Positions 34,609-44,601 of a DNA stretch of 64,000 nt are shown piece after piece. The number at the start of each line of letters is the position of its first letter. Position 1 is the stretch's first letter. Source of the stretch: Oscillospiraceae bacterium (GTDB lineage Bacteria; Bacillota; Clostridia; Oscillospirales; CAG-272); contig SVTX01000001.1 in the NCBI GenBank assembly GCA_015063545.1, forward strand, positions 1,842 to 65,841. The letters are read 5' to 3'. Position numbers and translations under genes: made by a program. The notes below the pieces were generated by a model. It searched no databases, had not been told where the DNA came from, and saw only the letters and a program-made list of their open reading frames with translations.

Positions 34609-37600
34609 TTAATATTTTGATTTGCACGCTACGGGACAAGATGAGCGCACGGGGCAAAATCTACAGCTTTCAGCCGAGGGGGAACGTCTGATGTTTCCTG
34701 AGAATATCTGTGTTCCCGTTTCTTTGACGGTGTTTATCAGAATATCCCTCATCTCATCCATTTCTTCCTTGGACAAAAGCTCCGGGCAGGGAGCGGAACT
34801 ATCTTTTTGAGCCGCTTTTTCTGCCGCAGTGCTTATAAAGCTGAAATCGAGATTTTTGTTTGTAGCCGTTAAAATATCCGGATGATCGTATATCATGCCG
34901 CTTCTTGCTATAGAAATATCCCCTTTGGTTTCAACAGCCGAAACGTAGAGAGAGGCGCAGGGAAGTATTTTTTTAGCTCCCACGTAGGCAGAAATATTCT
35001 TTTCATCGGATGCGGCAAACAGGTATGCAGGGAGCTGGAGGTCTGCTCCGGATATAACCTTTTCGGCATCAAACGACACAGCGCCTGTTTTATAGTCTAT
35101 TACTCGGATATACGTAACGCCGTCTTTTTCATACGTATCTATGCGGTCTGCGTTGCCGCCGAGATAAACCGTGGGGGCGCCCTGGATATCATCAAGAGAA
35201 ATTTCCAAGGATCTTAGACTGTCAGATCCGCGAGCGGATATCTTTTTTTCAAACGAGTGTATCCTGAATTCTGAATTTTCAAATTCTTCAAAAATGTTTT
35301 TTGCCATGAGAAAAGCCATGTTTCGAAGGTTTGAAAACGCATACATAAGCGCAGGAGTTCTTGGACACTGTATTGCGTCAATATAGCAATTTACCCATTT
35401 GTCCGTAGCCTCAAGGACTTGATCCGATGACAAATTGCCAAGCTGTCCGTTTGACGTTACGTTTTCCTCTAAAATTTTTTGGAGCACGTAGTGGATCAAC
35501 CTGCCTGATTCCGACAGACTCAGCTTGGCGTTTGTACGCTCTCGCAGATCCAATACACTATTGCTCCAGAAAAGCATGGGACAGCGAACAAAACTTTGAA
35601 TTTTGGATTTTGACAGATAAAGCTCATTTCCAAAAACCGAACGTACAACGTCAGGTGAAATGGTTTCACAGTGTTCATTGTCACATCCGAAAAATTCTGC
35701 CTTGTGCGCCTCAAGCAACGCGGCATCCTGCGCATTTTTCTGTGATTGAGCAAGTTTATGTACTGCTTTAGCGTTGAATTCTTCTACTGTGATATCAAAC
35801 AGAGACAAAAGCCTTCTCCACGGAGCAGACGGAGCTTTTGAACCTCCGCATATGCCTGAGGAATATGTTGTTACTATAAGCTTTTCGGAAGGCTTTGAAA
35901 GCGCGCGGTAGACGTAGAAAAGCTCATCAGACATAAGTCTTTGGCGACGCGCCTTGAATGTGAGCCCAAGATCTTCAAGGCTTTCCTTATCGTTATCGCA
36001 CAAAAGACCTCCGTCGCCGGGCACGGAGGGGAAAACTCCTTCGCACATTTCCATTACTATGGCTGTTTTTATGCCTTCAACTCTCAGCGTAGCGGCAGAG
36101 CCTACAGTTACGAATTCTCTGGTTGAGGGAACGGAAGAGATATCGGTATGAGACAACATTATCTCTATGGCGGTTATAAAATCATCGGTGGAAAGCTTGG
36201 TGTCCTTCATCACCGTATAAATGTCCGAAAGCGAGGACAGCAGATGGTCGTATACTCTTAGTATCTCGCCCGCTTGTTTTATGTTGCCGAGTGATAGCTC
36301 AAGCTCCGCAAGATCCGAGAGACGCTCTGGAAGCTGATGATGCTCCATGTAAGAAAGAAGCGCGCCGATAAGCTCTGCGGTGTTTTGTCCCGCTGCAGAG
36401 AATTTTACTCTTAATTCATTCAGTGGTGTTATAAGCTGAGCGCGAACCCTGTTTGCTGCCGAAAGAATTTTTTTGCTTCGCTCATTTGTGTCTGTCACAT
36501 ATCCCGACGGGTTCATGTTCCATACGGGGGAGAGAAATGCTTTTCCCTGAATATCCCAAGTAAGACAGTATTCCTCAAAAAGGTCCGCATCCTCGTTTTC
36601 TATTCCGCATAAGCCCGTTTTTAAAAGGGTCAGAACATCGCTCAGGCGGTAGTTGCGGGATATGCATCTCAAAGACGCAAGAATAAATCTTGCGGCAGGA
36701 GTGGCTGTAAGTTGCGCCTTTTCGGATATGAAATAAGGGATATTGTACTTTGAAAAGATCGCGTCGATAACTCCCGAGCGTTCCTCGGGATGACGAAGTA
36801 TAACGGCTATCTGAGAATATTTTGTGCCGTTTTTGTGAGCTTGAAGTATTTTAAGCGCGGCGCACTCCGTTTCCTCATATTCATTAGAGCAACTGACAAG
36901 CTCTATATCGCCGGGCATTTTATCAGATGAACAGTTGAGAGTTTGCTTGCTTGCCGAAAAATCCCACAGATGCTTTTCGAGCAATTTAAGCTGAGGGCTG
37001 TGTGTGCGTGTGTTTCCGTTAAGCGTAATATCGTCAAATTCTTTGCCGCTTTCTCTTGCGGCGCGAGTAAGACGTTTGACGGTATCCGATACGCTTTCGG
37101 TGTGAGGTGCCTTGAAGCCTCTGGCGGGAGAGCATACAGATATGCACATATTATCCGCCTGTTTCATGATCTGCGAAAGTATCCTGTGCTGTATTCCCGT
37201 AAAGTCGGTAAATGAATCCACAAATACAGTCGAGCTTTCAAAAAAATTATGTTTTGAGAGTGTGTCGCACAGCCTCTCAAGCTTGTCCTCAAACATTACT
37301 GCTTGCTTGCCGAGCAATGCTTCAAGACTGTCATTATACGCCTGTGTAAGCGCGCTTATATCCGACAGCTTATTTTTTAAGTCGGGGCGCATTTCCAAAT
37401 CAAGTATGCACTCAATTTTGTCGCTATGTATTGAATTTGCCTTTAATTCGTCTGCTGTCTGAAGCATAAGGTCGGCAAATTCGGGACTTGGCGGTGTAGA
37501 TCCGTATTCCAAAAGAACAGGGGAGAGCTCTTTGATGCTTTTCCACATGATAAGGCTTCGCATGCCGGAGGATATCGGTGTGTATGCTCTGCCGCCGTAA

Positions 37601-37818
37601 CGGTCAAAAACCATGTCGCACATGCGAGAAAAGCTTATTACCTTAAAGTACAGCCCGGCTTGCGCAGGCATATCTGCGAGCATATGTTCAGCCGTAAAAA
37701 GCTGTTGGTCGGGAACGAGCAGATATGTAGTTTTTTTCGCTTGTACGGATTCTTTGATTTTCTTTACAATATACTCGGTCTTGCCGCTTCCCGAACATCC
37801 GAAAAGTATATTTATCAT
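34609..37818 (-). CDS. addB: ATP-dependent helicase/nuclease subunit B
   Basis: Start moved to ATG 37818 (AAGGGGGA RBS; MINILFGCSGSGKTEY). C-terminal VIDYKTG nuclease motif and Fe-S cysteines (CRFCPVRSSCPVAC). Confidence 0.88.
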   Translation of the reverse strand: MINILFGCSGSGKTEYIVKKIKESVQAKKTTYLLVPDQQLFTAEHMLADMPAQAGLYFKVISFSRMCDMVFDRYGGRAYTPISSGMRSLIMWKSIKELSPVLLEYGSTPPSPEFADLMLQTADELKANSIHSDKIECILDLEMRPDLKNKLSDISALTQAYNDSLEALLGKQAVMFEDKLERLCDTLSKHNFFESSTVFVDSFTDFTGIQHRILSQIMKQADNMCISVCSPARGFKAPHTESVSDTVKRLTRAARESGKEFDDITLNGNTRTHSPQLKLLEKHLWDFSASKQTLNCSSDKMPGDIELVSCSNEYEETECAALKILQAHKNGTKYSQIAVILRHPEERSGVIDAIFSKYNIPYFISEKAQLTATPAARFILASLRCISRNYRLSDVLTLLKTGLCGIENEDADLFEEYCLTWDIQGKAFLSPVWNMNPSGYVTDTNERSKKILSAANRVRAQLITPLNELRVKFSAAGQNTAELIGALLSYMEHHQLPERLSDLAELELSLGNIKQAGEILRVYDHLLSSLSDIYTVMKDTKLSTDDFITAIEIMLSHTDISSVPSTREFVTVGSAATLRVEGIKTAIVMEMCEGVFPSVPGDGGLLCDNDKESLEDLGLTFKARRQRLMSDELFYVYRALSKPSEKLIVTTYSSGICGGSKAPSAPWRRLLSLFDITVEEFNAKAVHKLAQSQKNAQDAALLEAHKAEFFGCDNEHCETISPDVVRSVFGNELYLSKSKIQSFVRCPMLFWSNSVLDLRERTNAKLSLSESGRLIHYVLQKILEENVTSNGQLGNLSSDQVLEATDKWVNCYIDAIQCPRTPALMYAFSNLRNMAFLMAKNIFEEFENSEFRIHSFEKKISARGSDSLRSLEISLDDIQGAPTVYLGGNADRIDTYEKDGVTYIRVIDYKTGAVSFDAEKVISGADLQLPAYLFAASDEKNISAYVGAKKILPCASLYVSAVETKGDISIARSGMIYDHPDILTATNKNLDFSFISTAAEKAAQKDSSAPCPELLSKEEMDEMRDILINTVKETGTQIFSGNIRRSPSAESCRFCPVRSSCPVACKSKY

Positions 37819-38654
37819 GCCTGTCCCCCTTTCTTTTTTGATTCTGTGAGGCTGAGATTCCTGAGTACTGTTTCTTTTTTTCTCCACGAATATGCACGGG
37901 CAGAGAATTCCTTGTCACTCATGCCTTCAACAAGCTGAATGGAAAGATCCTCGGTTCTGTCTGTTTTGAAAAAATCTATAGGTGTGTATATGGTGTTGTT
38001 TGCTATTGCCGCCAGCGTATGAGGACAGCATTCCTGACATATATCGCATCCCCATGCGCTTGAATACTTCTTGATATGATTTTGTTGTTCCTCAGTCAAC
38101 AAGCCTTTTTCCTGCGTTAATGCGGAAAGGCATATTCCTATGTCTTTTTTGGGGCATGCGGCTTTGCATATCCCGCAATTTTTGCAAAATGAAATAGCGT
38201 TTTTTTGTGTGACTTGGATGGGAAAGTCGGTTATCAGTTCACCGATGAAAACGTAAGAGGAATATTTGGGAGTGATGAGCAACCCATTCTTACCTATTAT
38301 GCCCAGTCCTGCGAGCGCTGCGGCATGCACCTCGTCAATGGGAGATGAATCTGCAAAGCCTGCGAATTTGTATTCGGGAAATTCTTTTTGAAGCTGTGGA
38401 ACGATCTCCGAAAAAAGCTCCGAAAAAAAGATGTGATAATCCTTACTTTTGGCGTATGCGGAGATATTTGTTTTATCCGCATTTACGAAATACGGAACAG
38501 TGAAAACATAGGCAAAAATATCCCTATCGGCACTAAATCCACACGCATCCAGCTTGCGCTCCAGTATGATCTTACAGTCTGAAAGACGAACGGCTGCAGC
38601 ATCGGCAATATTATATTTTGCAAGCATTGATTTCAGGCGCGCGCAGAGATCCAT
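37815..38654 (-). CDS. queG: epoxyqueuosine reductase-like 2x[4Fe-4S] protein
   Basis: CKNCGICKAACP and CDICQECCP ferredoxin motifs with a QueG-like N-terminal region. 279 aa, shorter than classical QueG. The stop overlaps the addB ATG (ATGA). Confidence 0.6.
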   Translation of the reverse strand: MDLCARLKSMLAKYNIADAAAVRLSDCKIILERKLDACGFSADRDIFAYVFTVPYFVNADKTNISAYAKSKDYHIFFSELFSEIVPQLQKEFPEYKFAGFADSSPIDEVHAAALAGLGIIGKNGLLITPKYSSYVFIGELITDFPIQVTQKNAISFCKNCGICKAACPKKDIGICLSALTQEKGLLTEEQQNHIKKYSSAWGCDICQECCPHTLAAIANNTIYTPIDFFKTDRTEDLSIQLVEGMSDKEFSARAYSWRKKETVLRNLSLTESKKKGGQA

Positions 38655-38817
38655 ATCCGTTTCCTTTCCGTGGAAATATTATTTATTACATTATAACAGA
38701 AAATTTGTCTAAAAACAAGAATCTTTTTAATTATTCAATGACTTTTTAATTGTTCGTCATTAAATCGTCACAAATTTTGAATATAATGGAGTTAACTCAT
38801 ATACAAGGAGTACATTT

Positions 38818-40173
38818 ATGAACGATTTTCAAAATAACGACCGAGATAACGTCGGCGATAATTACAATAGAGAGTACGGACAGGATATAGGCGGAGAGTA
38901 TTCATACAGCTATACGCCAAAAAACACACCGCCTCAACCCACAAAGGGCATATTCAGAAAATATGTGTTTTGGTCTGTTGTAGCAATAATTCTTGCGTTG
39001 CTGATCGTCTGTTCGGGTATAGTGATGGGATCTCTTGTGGTAAAGTCTTTGATAAACAACAGTTCAGACGAAGCACCGCAAAAATTTTCACATGAAAACG
39101 TGATCATAGACGACGCGGATCCGGAAAATGAAAGCTCCGGCAAGCAAGACGGTATTGCCGAGAGCACGCAGGAGATATTGATACCGAAGCCTCTGTCTCA
39201 AAATCAGAACGGTCTAACCAGCGCAGGTCAGCCGTATAATTCCATTACCGAGGTGTATGGGGCAGTATCCGATAGTGTGGTGGAGATAACTACCGAGGTG
39301 GTTCAGAACAGCGCATGGATGGGACAGTATGTTTCTACAGGCGCGGGCAGCGGAGTTATTATACACGCTGACGGATATATCGTTACAAATCATCACGTCA
39401 TAGACGGTGCGAATAACGTGACTGTCACTTTGAAAAACGGCAATATGTACAAGGCAAGTTTTATCGGAACGGATGAGAAAAACGATATAGCTGTAATAAA
39501 GATAGAAGCCGACGAGCAGCTTTCTGTAGCAGTCATGGGGTGCAGTAACGATCTTGTTGTCGGCGAAGACGTTATAGCTATAGGAAATCCCCTGGGATCA
39601 CTTGGAGGTACCGTAACAGAGGGAATTATAAGCGCCACAGAGCGTCATATCAGCATAAACGGTGAAGATATGGTCCTTTTGCAGACAAGTGCTGCCATAA
39701 ATCCCGGAAATTCCGGCGGCGGTCTGTTCAATATGGCGGGACAGCTTATAGGAGTGGTGAATGCCAAAGCGGCAGGAGAGGATATTGAAGGATTGGGATT
39801 TGCCGTACCGATAGACACGGCACACCCTATAGTAAGTGATTTAATAAATTACGGATACGTGCGCGGCAGAGTGGATCACGGAATTACCGCGGTTGACGTA
39901 ACCTCGGACAATCTTTTCTATTACACGAGATACGGAATTACCCAGGTCGGAGTAATCGTTATTGAATCGTTGTACTGTGATGAGTTGCTTTTCGGCGATA
40001 GGATAATTGCTTTGAACGGTATTCAAATAGATCTGGCGTCCGACATGGAGGACGTTTTTGAGGAATTTGAGGTCGGAGATACCGTGACTGTAAAAATTAT
40101 GAGAAACGGAGAGAGCTTTGAGACCGAGACGGTACTCAAAGAGAAGGTCCCGGGTTACACAGACATGAAATGA
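38818..40173 (+). CDS. htrA: membrane-anchored HtrA/DegP-family serine protease with PDZ domain
   Basis: N-terminal TM helix, then TNHHV (His), DIAVIKI (Asp), GNSGGGLFN (Ser) and a C-terminal PDZ-like region. Confidence 0.85.
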   Translation: MNDFQNNDRDNVGDNYNREYGQDIGGEYSYSYTPKNTPPQPTKGIFRKYVFWSVVAIILALLIVCSGIVMGSLVVKSLINNSSDEAPQKFSHENVIIDDADPENESSGKQDGIAESTQEILIPKPLSQNQNGLTSAGQPYNSITEVYGAVSDSVVEITTEVVQNSAWMGQYVSTGAGSGVIIHADGYIVTNHHVIDGANNVTVTLKNGNMYKASFIGTDEKNDIAVIKIEADEQLSVAVMGCSNDLVVGEDVIAIGNPLGSLGGTVTEGIISATERHISINGEDMVLLQTSAAINPGNSGGGLFNMAGQLIGVVNAKAAGEDIEGLGFAVPIDTAHPIVSDLINYGYVRGRVDHGITAVDVTSDNLFYYTRYGITQVGVIVIESLYCDELLFGDRIIALNGIQIDLASDMEDVFEEFEVGDTVTVKIMRNGESFETETVLKEKVPGYTDMK

Positions 40174-40224
40174 TCCCAAGCGGATTTACAATTTGAGCCG
40201 CTTTACTACGGAGGAGGAACAGCT

Positions 40225-40929
40225 ATGTATCAGATACTTGTGGTTGACGACGAGGCGAGAATTCGCTCGATAATCAAAAAATACGCGGAGTTTGAAGGGC
40301 ATATAGTCACCGAAGCGGGTGACGGTATGGAGGCGGTAAGACTTTGCCGCAAAGAGAGTTATGACATTATTATCATGGACATCATGATGCCGGAGCTTGA
40401 CGGATTTTCAGCATGCAGAGAGATACGGAAAATATCACAGACACCCATAATAATGCTTTCCGCGCGCGGAGAAGAATATGACCGTATAAACGGCTTTGAG
40501 CTTGGTATAGACGACTATGTTGTCAAGCCTTTTTCTCCCAAGGAGCTCATGCTCAGAATAGGCGCTGTCATGAAACGTGTAGCGTCAGGTTCTGCGGCAG
40601 GCGCTGCGGTGCAGAAAAAGCAAAACGTTATAATAGAGCTTGACGGCGGCGGACTGAAAGCAGACGTTACGGCGCGTATAGTTTACATAAACGGTCAGAG
40701 AGTGGACATGTCGCCGAAGGAATACGACCTGTTCTTTTACATGCTTGATAACCGTAACGTCGCGCTTTCCAGAGAAAAGCTTATAAGCGAGGTCTGGGGA
40801 TACGATTTTTACGGTGATGCGAGAACGCTTGATACTCACATAAAGCTTTTGAGAAAAAGTCTCGGTGAGTATAGCAGATACATAGTTACACTCAGAGGCG
40901 TAGGTTACAGATTTGAAGGCGAAGCCTGA
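40225..40929 (+). CDS. OmpR-family response regulator
   Basis: Receiver domain (DIIIMDIMMPELDG, KPF) plus a winged-helix domain (LRGVGYRF). Confidence 0.88.
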   Translation: MYQILVVDDEARIRSIIKKYAEFEGHIVTEAGDGMEAVRLCRKESYDIIIMDIMMPELDGFSACREIRKISQTPIIMLSARGEEYDRINGFELGIDDYVVKPFSPKELMLRIGAVMKRVASGSAAGAAVQKKQNVIIELDGGGLKADVTARIVYINGQRVDMSPKEYDLFFYMLDNRNVALSREKLISEVWGYDFYGDARTLDTHIKLLRKSLGEYSRYIVTLRGVGYRFEGEA

Positions 40930-40956
40930 TGCATTGACATTAATAAGGAGAAGGAT

Positions 40957-42443
40957 ATGAGAAAGGACAAAAACAATCCGTCCGAAACATACCGAAAAAA
41001 ATATAGCCGCCGTGAGCCGGGTATCTCATGGCGGTTGTTTGGCATTTTGCTTATTTTCACGGCTTTTATTTTGGTAGTTATCTGGATATTCCAGGTTGCC
41101 TTGCTGAACATTTTTACGAGCAGACCAAAATGGAGGAATTCAGTGCCACCGCGGAGTTACTGTCCTCGCATCTCGACGATGAAAAAAAGCTTAACGCAGA
41201 GGCGATAAAGCTTTCTTCAAGATACGATGAATGTATTCGCATACTAACAGTAAAAGACGGAGAAGGGCGTGAGCTTGTGCACAATATATGTACTACGCAG
41301 TCATGTATCCTGCACAACCTCGATAGCCGAGCAAAGCTTTTGGAATACTGCAACAAAGCACTTGCGTCGGAGGACGGGGTATATATCGATAAAATAACCG
41401 ACAATGATAACTCATCTCGCAGACGCGGCACGGTGTACGTCAGCGCTCAAGAAAGGGATGGCGAGTTGTATTTTATAATGCTTAACTCCGAGCATATTCC
41501 GCACAATGCGACCGTAGATACGCTTGAATTGCAGTTCGGCTGGATATCCTTTGTTTTGTTTATATCTGCATTCGTACTTGCCCTGATAATCTCCAGAAGT
41601 GTGTGCAGACCGCTAAAAGAGATGGGTGAATCTGCAGAGCGACTTGCCAAGGGGGATTACAAAGCACATTTTAAGGGTGGAAACTATCGCGAGGCTCAGG
41701 AGCTTGCAGATGCGCTCAATTACGCCGCCGAAGAACTTTCGCGAGTTGACAGATTGCAAAAGGAACTTGTGTCGAACATTTCGCACGACCTCAGAACCCC
41801 GCTTACTATGATAAAGGGTTACGGTGAGGTTATGAGAGATATTCCCGAAGAAAATACCCCCGAAAACATTCAGGTAATAATAGATGAAACCGAGAGACTT
41901 AATGAGCTTGTAAACGATATGCTGGATATATCCAGAATTCAGTCGGGTGTGAGAAGGCCCGATAGGGAGATATTTAACCTCACACAGACTGTAAAAGAAG
42001 TCATGTCAAGATACGTAAAGCTTACCGAGCATGACGGCTACAATATAATTTTTGATTTTGACAGGGAAATATACGTCAACGCCGACAGAACCATGATACT
42101 TCAGGCGATATATAACCTGGTAAATAACGCAATCAACTATACGGGTGACGATAAATACGTAAAAATATCCCAAATACACTTGGATGGACGCGTAAGAATA
42201 TCCGTCACCGATACGGGCGAGGGAATTGCCAAAGAAGATATGCCTCTCGTTTGGGACAGATACTACAAGGTCGATAAGGTACACAAGAGAGCGAGAGTGG
42301 GAACGGGACTTGGACTGTCCATAGTTAAAGGCGTTCTCGAAGCCCATAATGCTGCATACGGACTTAACAGTAAGCTCGGTGAGGGTTCTACGTTCTGGTT
42401 TGAGCTTGACGTAGAGAAATGCGAGTTCGTTGCGCTTGAATAA
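40957..42443 (+). pseudogene. sensor histidine kinase interrupted by a 1-nt frameshift in a T5 run (41111-41115)
   Basis: Frame A (ATG 40957, AAGGAG RBS) encodes TM1 (WRLFGILLIFTAFILVVIWIFQVALLNIF) and stops at 41208. Frame B continues YEQTKMEEF... through TM2, HAMP, the HisKA H-box (SHDLRTPLT) and HATPase (GTGLGLSIV). One extra T would fuse them. Confidence 0.7.
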
Positions 42444-42533
42444 TAAAAATTTTGAGATACTATTGAATTTTATCTGAAACAGTGGTATAATTATGCGGTG
42501 TGACTTTGATGCATGAAGGGAGAGAGTATTTTG

Positions 42534-43367
42534 ATGGGTGAAAATACAGCAGTAAAGAAGATACTCAGATGCCCTGTGTGCGGCGAGGACATGTATGCCT
42601 CAGAAGGCAACAAGAGCTTGTTTTGCTACGGGCAAAAGAGGCATTGTTTTGACTTTTCCGCAGACGGATATATCAACCTTTCGCGTCAGGGAACGGGAGA
42701 TTCCAAGCAAGCGGTAAACGCAAGAAAGCTGTTTTTGTCAAAGGATTATTATCTTCCTGCGGCAGAAAAAATATGTGAAACTGTTCGCAGATACGTCGGA
42801 GAGGATGCGGTAGTTCTTGACGCGGGATGCGGAGAAGGATATTATACCAATAAGCTTGCGAAAAATTGCGCTGATGTATTGGGCTTTGACCTTTCGAAAT
42901 TCGGGGTGAGCGCGGCGGCGAAGGCGGCAAAGCGCGAGGGAATGACAAATGCGTTTTATGCTACGGCGAGTGTATTTGAATTGCCGGTCAAGGATAGTTC
43001 GGTGGATTGCGTTGTGAACATTTTTGCGCCCTGCGCCGAGCAGGAATATATGAGAGTGCTAAAACCCGGCGGAGTGCTTTTAGTAGTCGGTGCGGGTAAG
43101 GATCACCTTATGGGGCTCAAGCGCGTACTTTACGAGAGCACGTATGAAAACAAGGAAAGAGCAGACCTTCCCGTAGCTGCAGAGCTGTGCGAGAAGATAA
43201 ATGAAAGCTTTGAGATAACCGTATGCGGCAGAGAAGAGCTTGACGCTCTGTTTTCGATGACGCCGTATTATTGGCGCACATCCGAGAGTGACAAGGAAAA
43301 GCTTTTGGCGATAGACATTTTAACAACAGAGACAGAATTTGAAATTTACGTTTACCGCAAGGTATAG
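42534..43367 (+). CDS. RlmA-like 23S rRNA (guanine-N1)-methyltransferase
   Basis: Start at ATG 42534 (GGGAGAG RBS). N-terminal zinc module LRCPVCGE...C..(x).HCFD..GYINL and the SAM motif LDAGCGEGYY. Confidence 0.65.
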   Translation: MGENTAVKKILRCPVCGEDMYASEGNKSLFCYGQKRHCFDFSADGYINLSRQGTGDSKQAVNARKLFLSKDYYLPAAEKICETVRRYVGEDAVVLDAGCGEGYYTNKLAKNCADVLGFDLSKFGVSAAAKAAKREGMTNAFYATASVFELPVKDSSVDCVVNIFAPCAEQEYMRVLKPGGVLLVVGAGKDHLMGLKRVLYESTYENKERADLPVAAELCEKINESFEITVCGREELDALFSMTPYYWRTSESDKEKLLAIDILTTETEFEIYVYRKV

Positions 43368-43389
43368 GTGCGGCAAGGAAGGATAAAAA

Positions 43390-44103
43390 ATGAAATTTTC
43401 GCTTTGTATTCCCATGTATAACGAACAGGCTATAATACGCGAGAGCGCACAGGCTTTGTCGGACTACATGTCGGAAAACTTCGATGATTATGAAATAATT
43501 TTTTCCAATGACGGATCTACAGACAGTTGCGGAGATATAGTAAAGCAAATGCAGCTTCCGAACGTCCGGGTAATAGAAAATGCGCAAAACATGGGCAAAG
43601 GCTATGCGGTTCGCGCTGCTATGCTTGCCGCAGAGGGAGACGTTGTGATGTTTACAGATGCGGACCTCGCGTACGGAACAGACGTCATTTGCCAGGTGCG
43701 TGATACTTTTGAAAGCCAACCTGAGACAAAGGTGCTTATAGGCTCGCGCAACCTCTCAAAAGACGGATACGAGGGTTATACGTTTATAAGACGAATAGCC
43801 TCAAAGACATATATAAGAGTTCTTTGTGCGGTTGGCGGATTTAAGCTTTCGGATTCTCAATGCGGATGCAAGGCTTTTTCGGGGGATGCGGCAAAGGCTA
43901 TTTTCAGTCGATGCGAAGTGAACAGATTTGCGTTTGATTTTGAATGTATTTTGTGGGCGTCAAAGCTTGGCATGAACATTCAGGAAATGCCCGTAAAAGT
44001 CATAAATCATCGCGAATCCAAGGTGAGCGTCGTAAAGGACGCAATAAAAATGCTCCGTGACGTTTCGAAGATGAAAAAGAGGATAAAGAACGTAGAAATT
44101 TAA
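43390..44103 (+). CDS. family 2 glycosyltransferase (polyprenyl-phosphate sugar transferase-like)
   Basis: IPMYNE..., NDGSTD, DADL and typical GT2 organisation. 237 aa. Confidence 0.8.
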   Translation: MKFSLCIPMYNEQAIIRESAQALSDYMSENFDDYEIIFSNDGSTDSCGDIVKQMQLPNVRVIENAQNMGKGYAVRAAMLAAEGDVVMFTDADLAYGTDVICQVRDTFESQPETKVLIGSRNLSKDGYEGYTFIRRIASKTYIRVLCAVGGFKLSDSQCGCKAFSGDAAKAIFSRCEVNRFAFDFECILWASKLGMNIQEMPVKVINHRESKVSVVKDAIKMLRDVSKMKKRIKNVEI

Positions 44104-44108
44104 TATAG

Positions 44109-44145
44109 AAAAGCCGCACGGATTTCCGTGCGGCTTTGTGTTTAT
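44109..44145. terminator. bidirectional terminator
   Basis: aaagccgcacgg atttc cgtgcggcttt. Confidence 0.65.
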
Positions 44146-44153
44146 AAGTTGTG

Positions 44154-44546
44154 TTATTTTTCATGCCATACAGCTAATACTTTTCCCGTGTCACCTTCCA
44201 TAATGATGTGTGCTACACCGCCTTTTGCGTTAGATTTCATGGAACCTGTCACCAACCAAACATCACTTTTCTCATCATAGAATACTTGATACGGCTTTTC
44301 TTTTTTTATGTTTTTTCCGTATAGCTTTAACCAAACAGTTTCTGCTTTTTTTGTAGCCCCTCTAGCATTTGAGATGCTGCCAACGTTCTCATCTGATGAG
44401 AAGTTTTCGATATAGTATTGGTAATCTTGTGTTTGAAAGCTTTTCACTTTTGGAAAATTGATTTTAATAACCGCTATAATAATTCCACAAACGAGAATTA
44501 TTGCTACAAGTACTAGCACAAGAACAACAATCTTTTTCTTCTGCAT
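44154..44546 (-). CDS. membrane-anchored NTF2-fold (Imm-NTF2/YbbC-YhhH-like) protein
   Basis: N-terminal TM helix, then ...KKAETVWLKLYGKNIKKEKPYQVFYDEKSDVWLVTGS...KGGVAHIIMEGDTGKVLAVWHEK. This fits the pattern I recall for NTF2-fold immunity proteins. Confidence 0.5.
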   Translation of the reverse strand: MQKKKIVVLVLVLVAIILVCGIIIAVIKINFPKVKSFQTQDYQYYIENFSSDENVGSISNARGATKKAETVWLKLYGKNIKKEKPYQVFYDEKSDVWLVTGSMKSNAKGGVAHIIMEGDTGKVLAVWHEK

Positions 44547-44601
44547 GATTGTCTCCTAACGACATAGTATGTTCGGTATGTTGCTACCGCTTGAAAGTCA
44601 T

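Noticed and set aside
41100-41125. Programmed -1 ribosomal frameshifting to explain the split histidine kinase.
   Set aside because: The site (A TTT TTA C) lacks a canonical X XXY YYZ heptamer context with a downstream stimulatory structure that I can see. A one-base homopolymer indel, either real or a sequencing error, is the simpler explanation. The question is left open in the findings.
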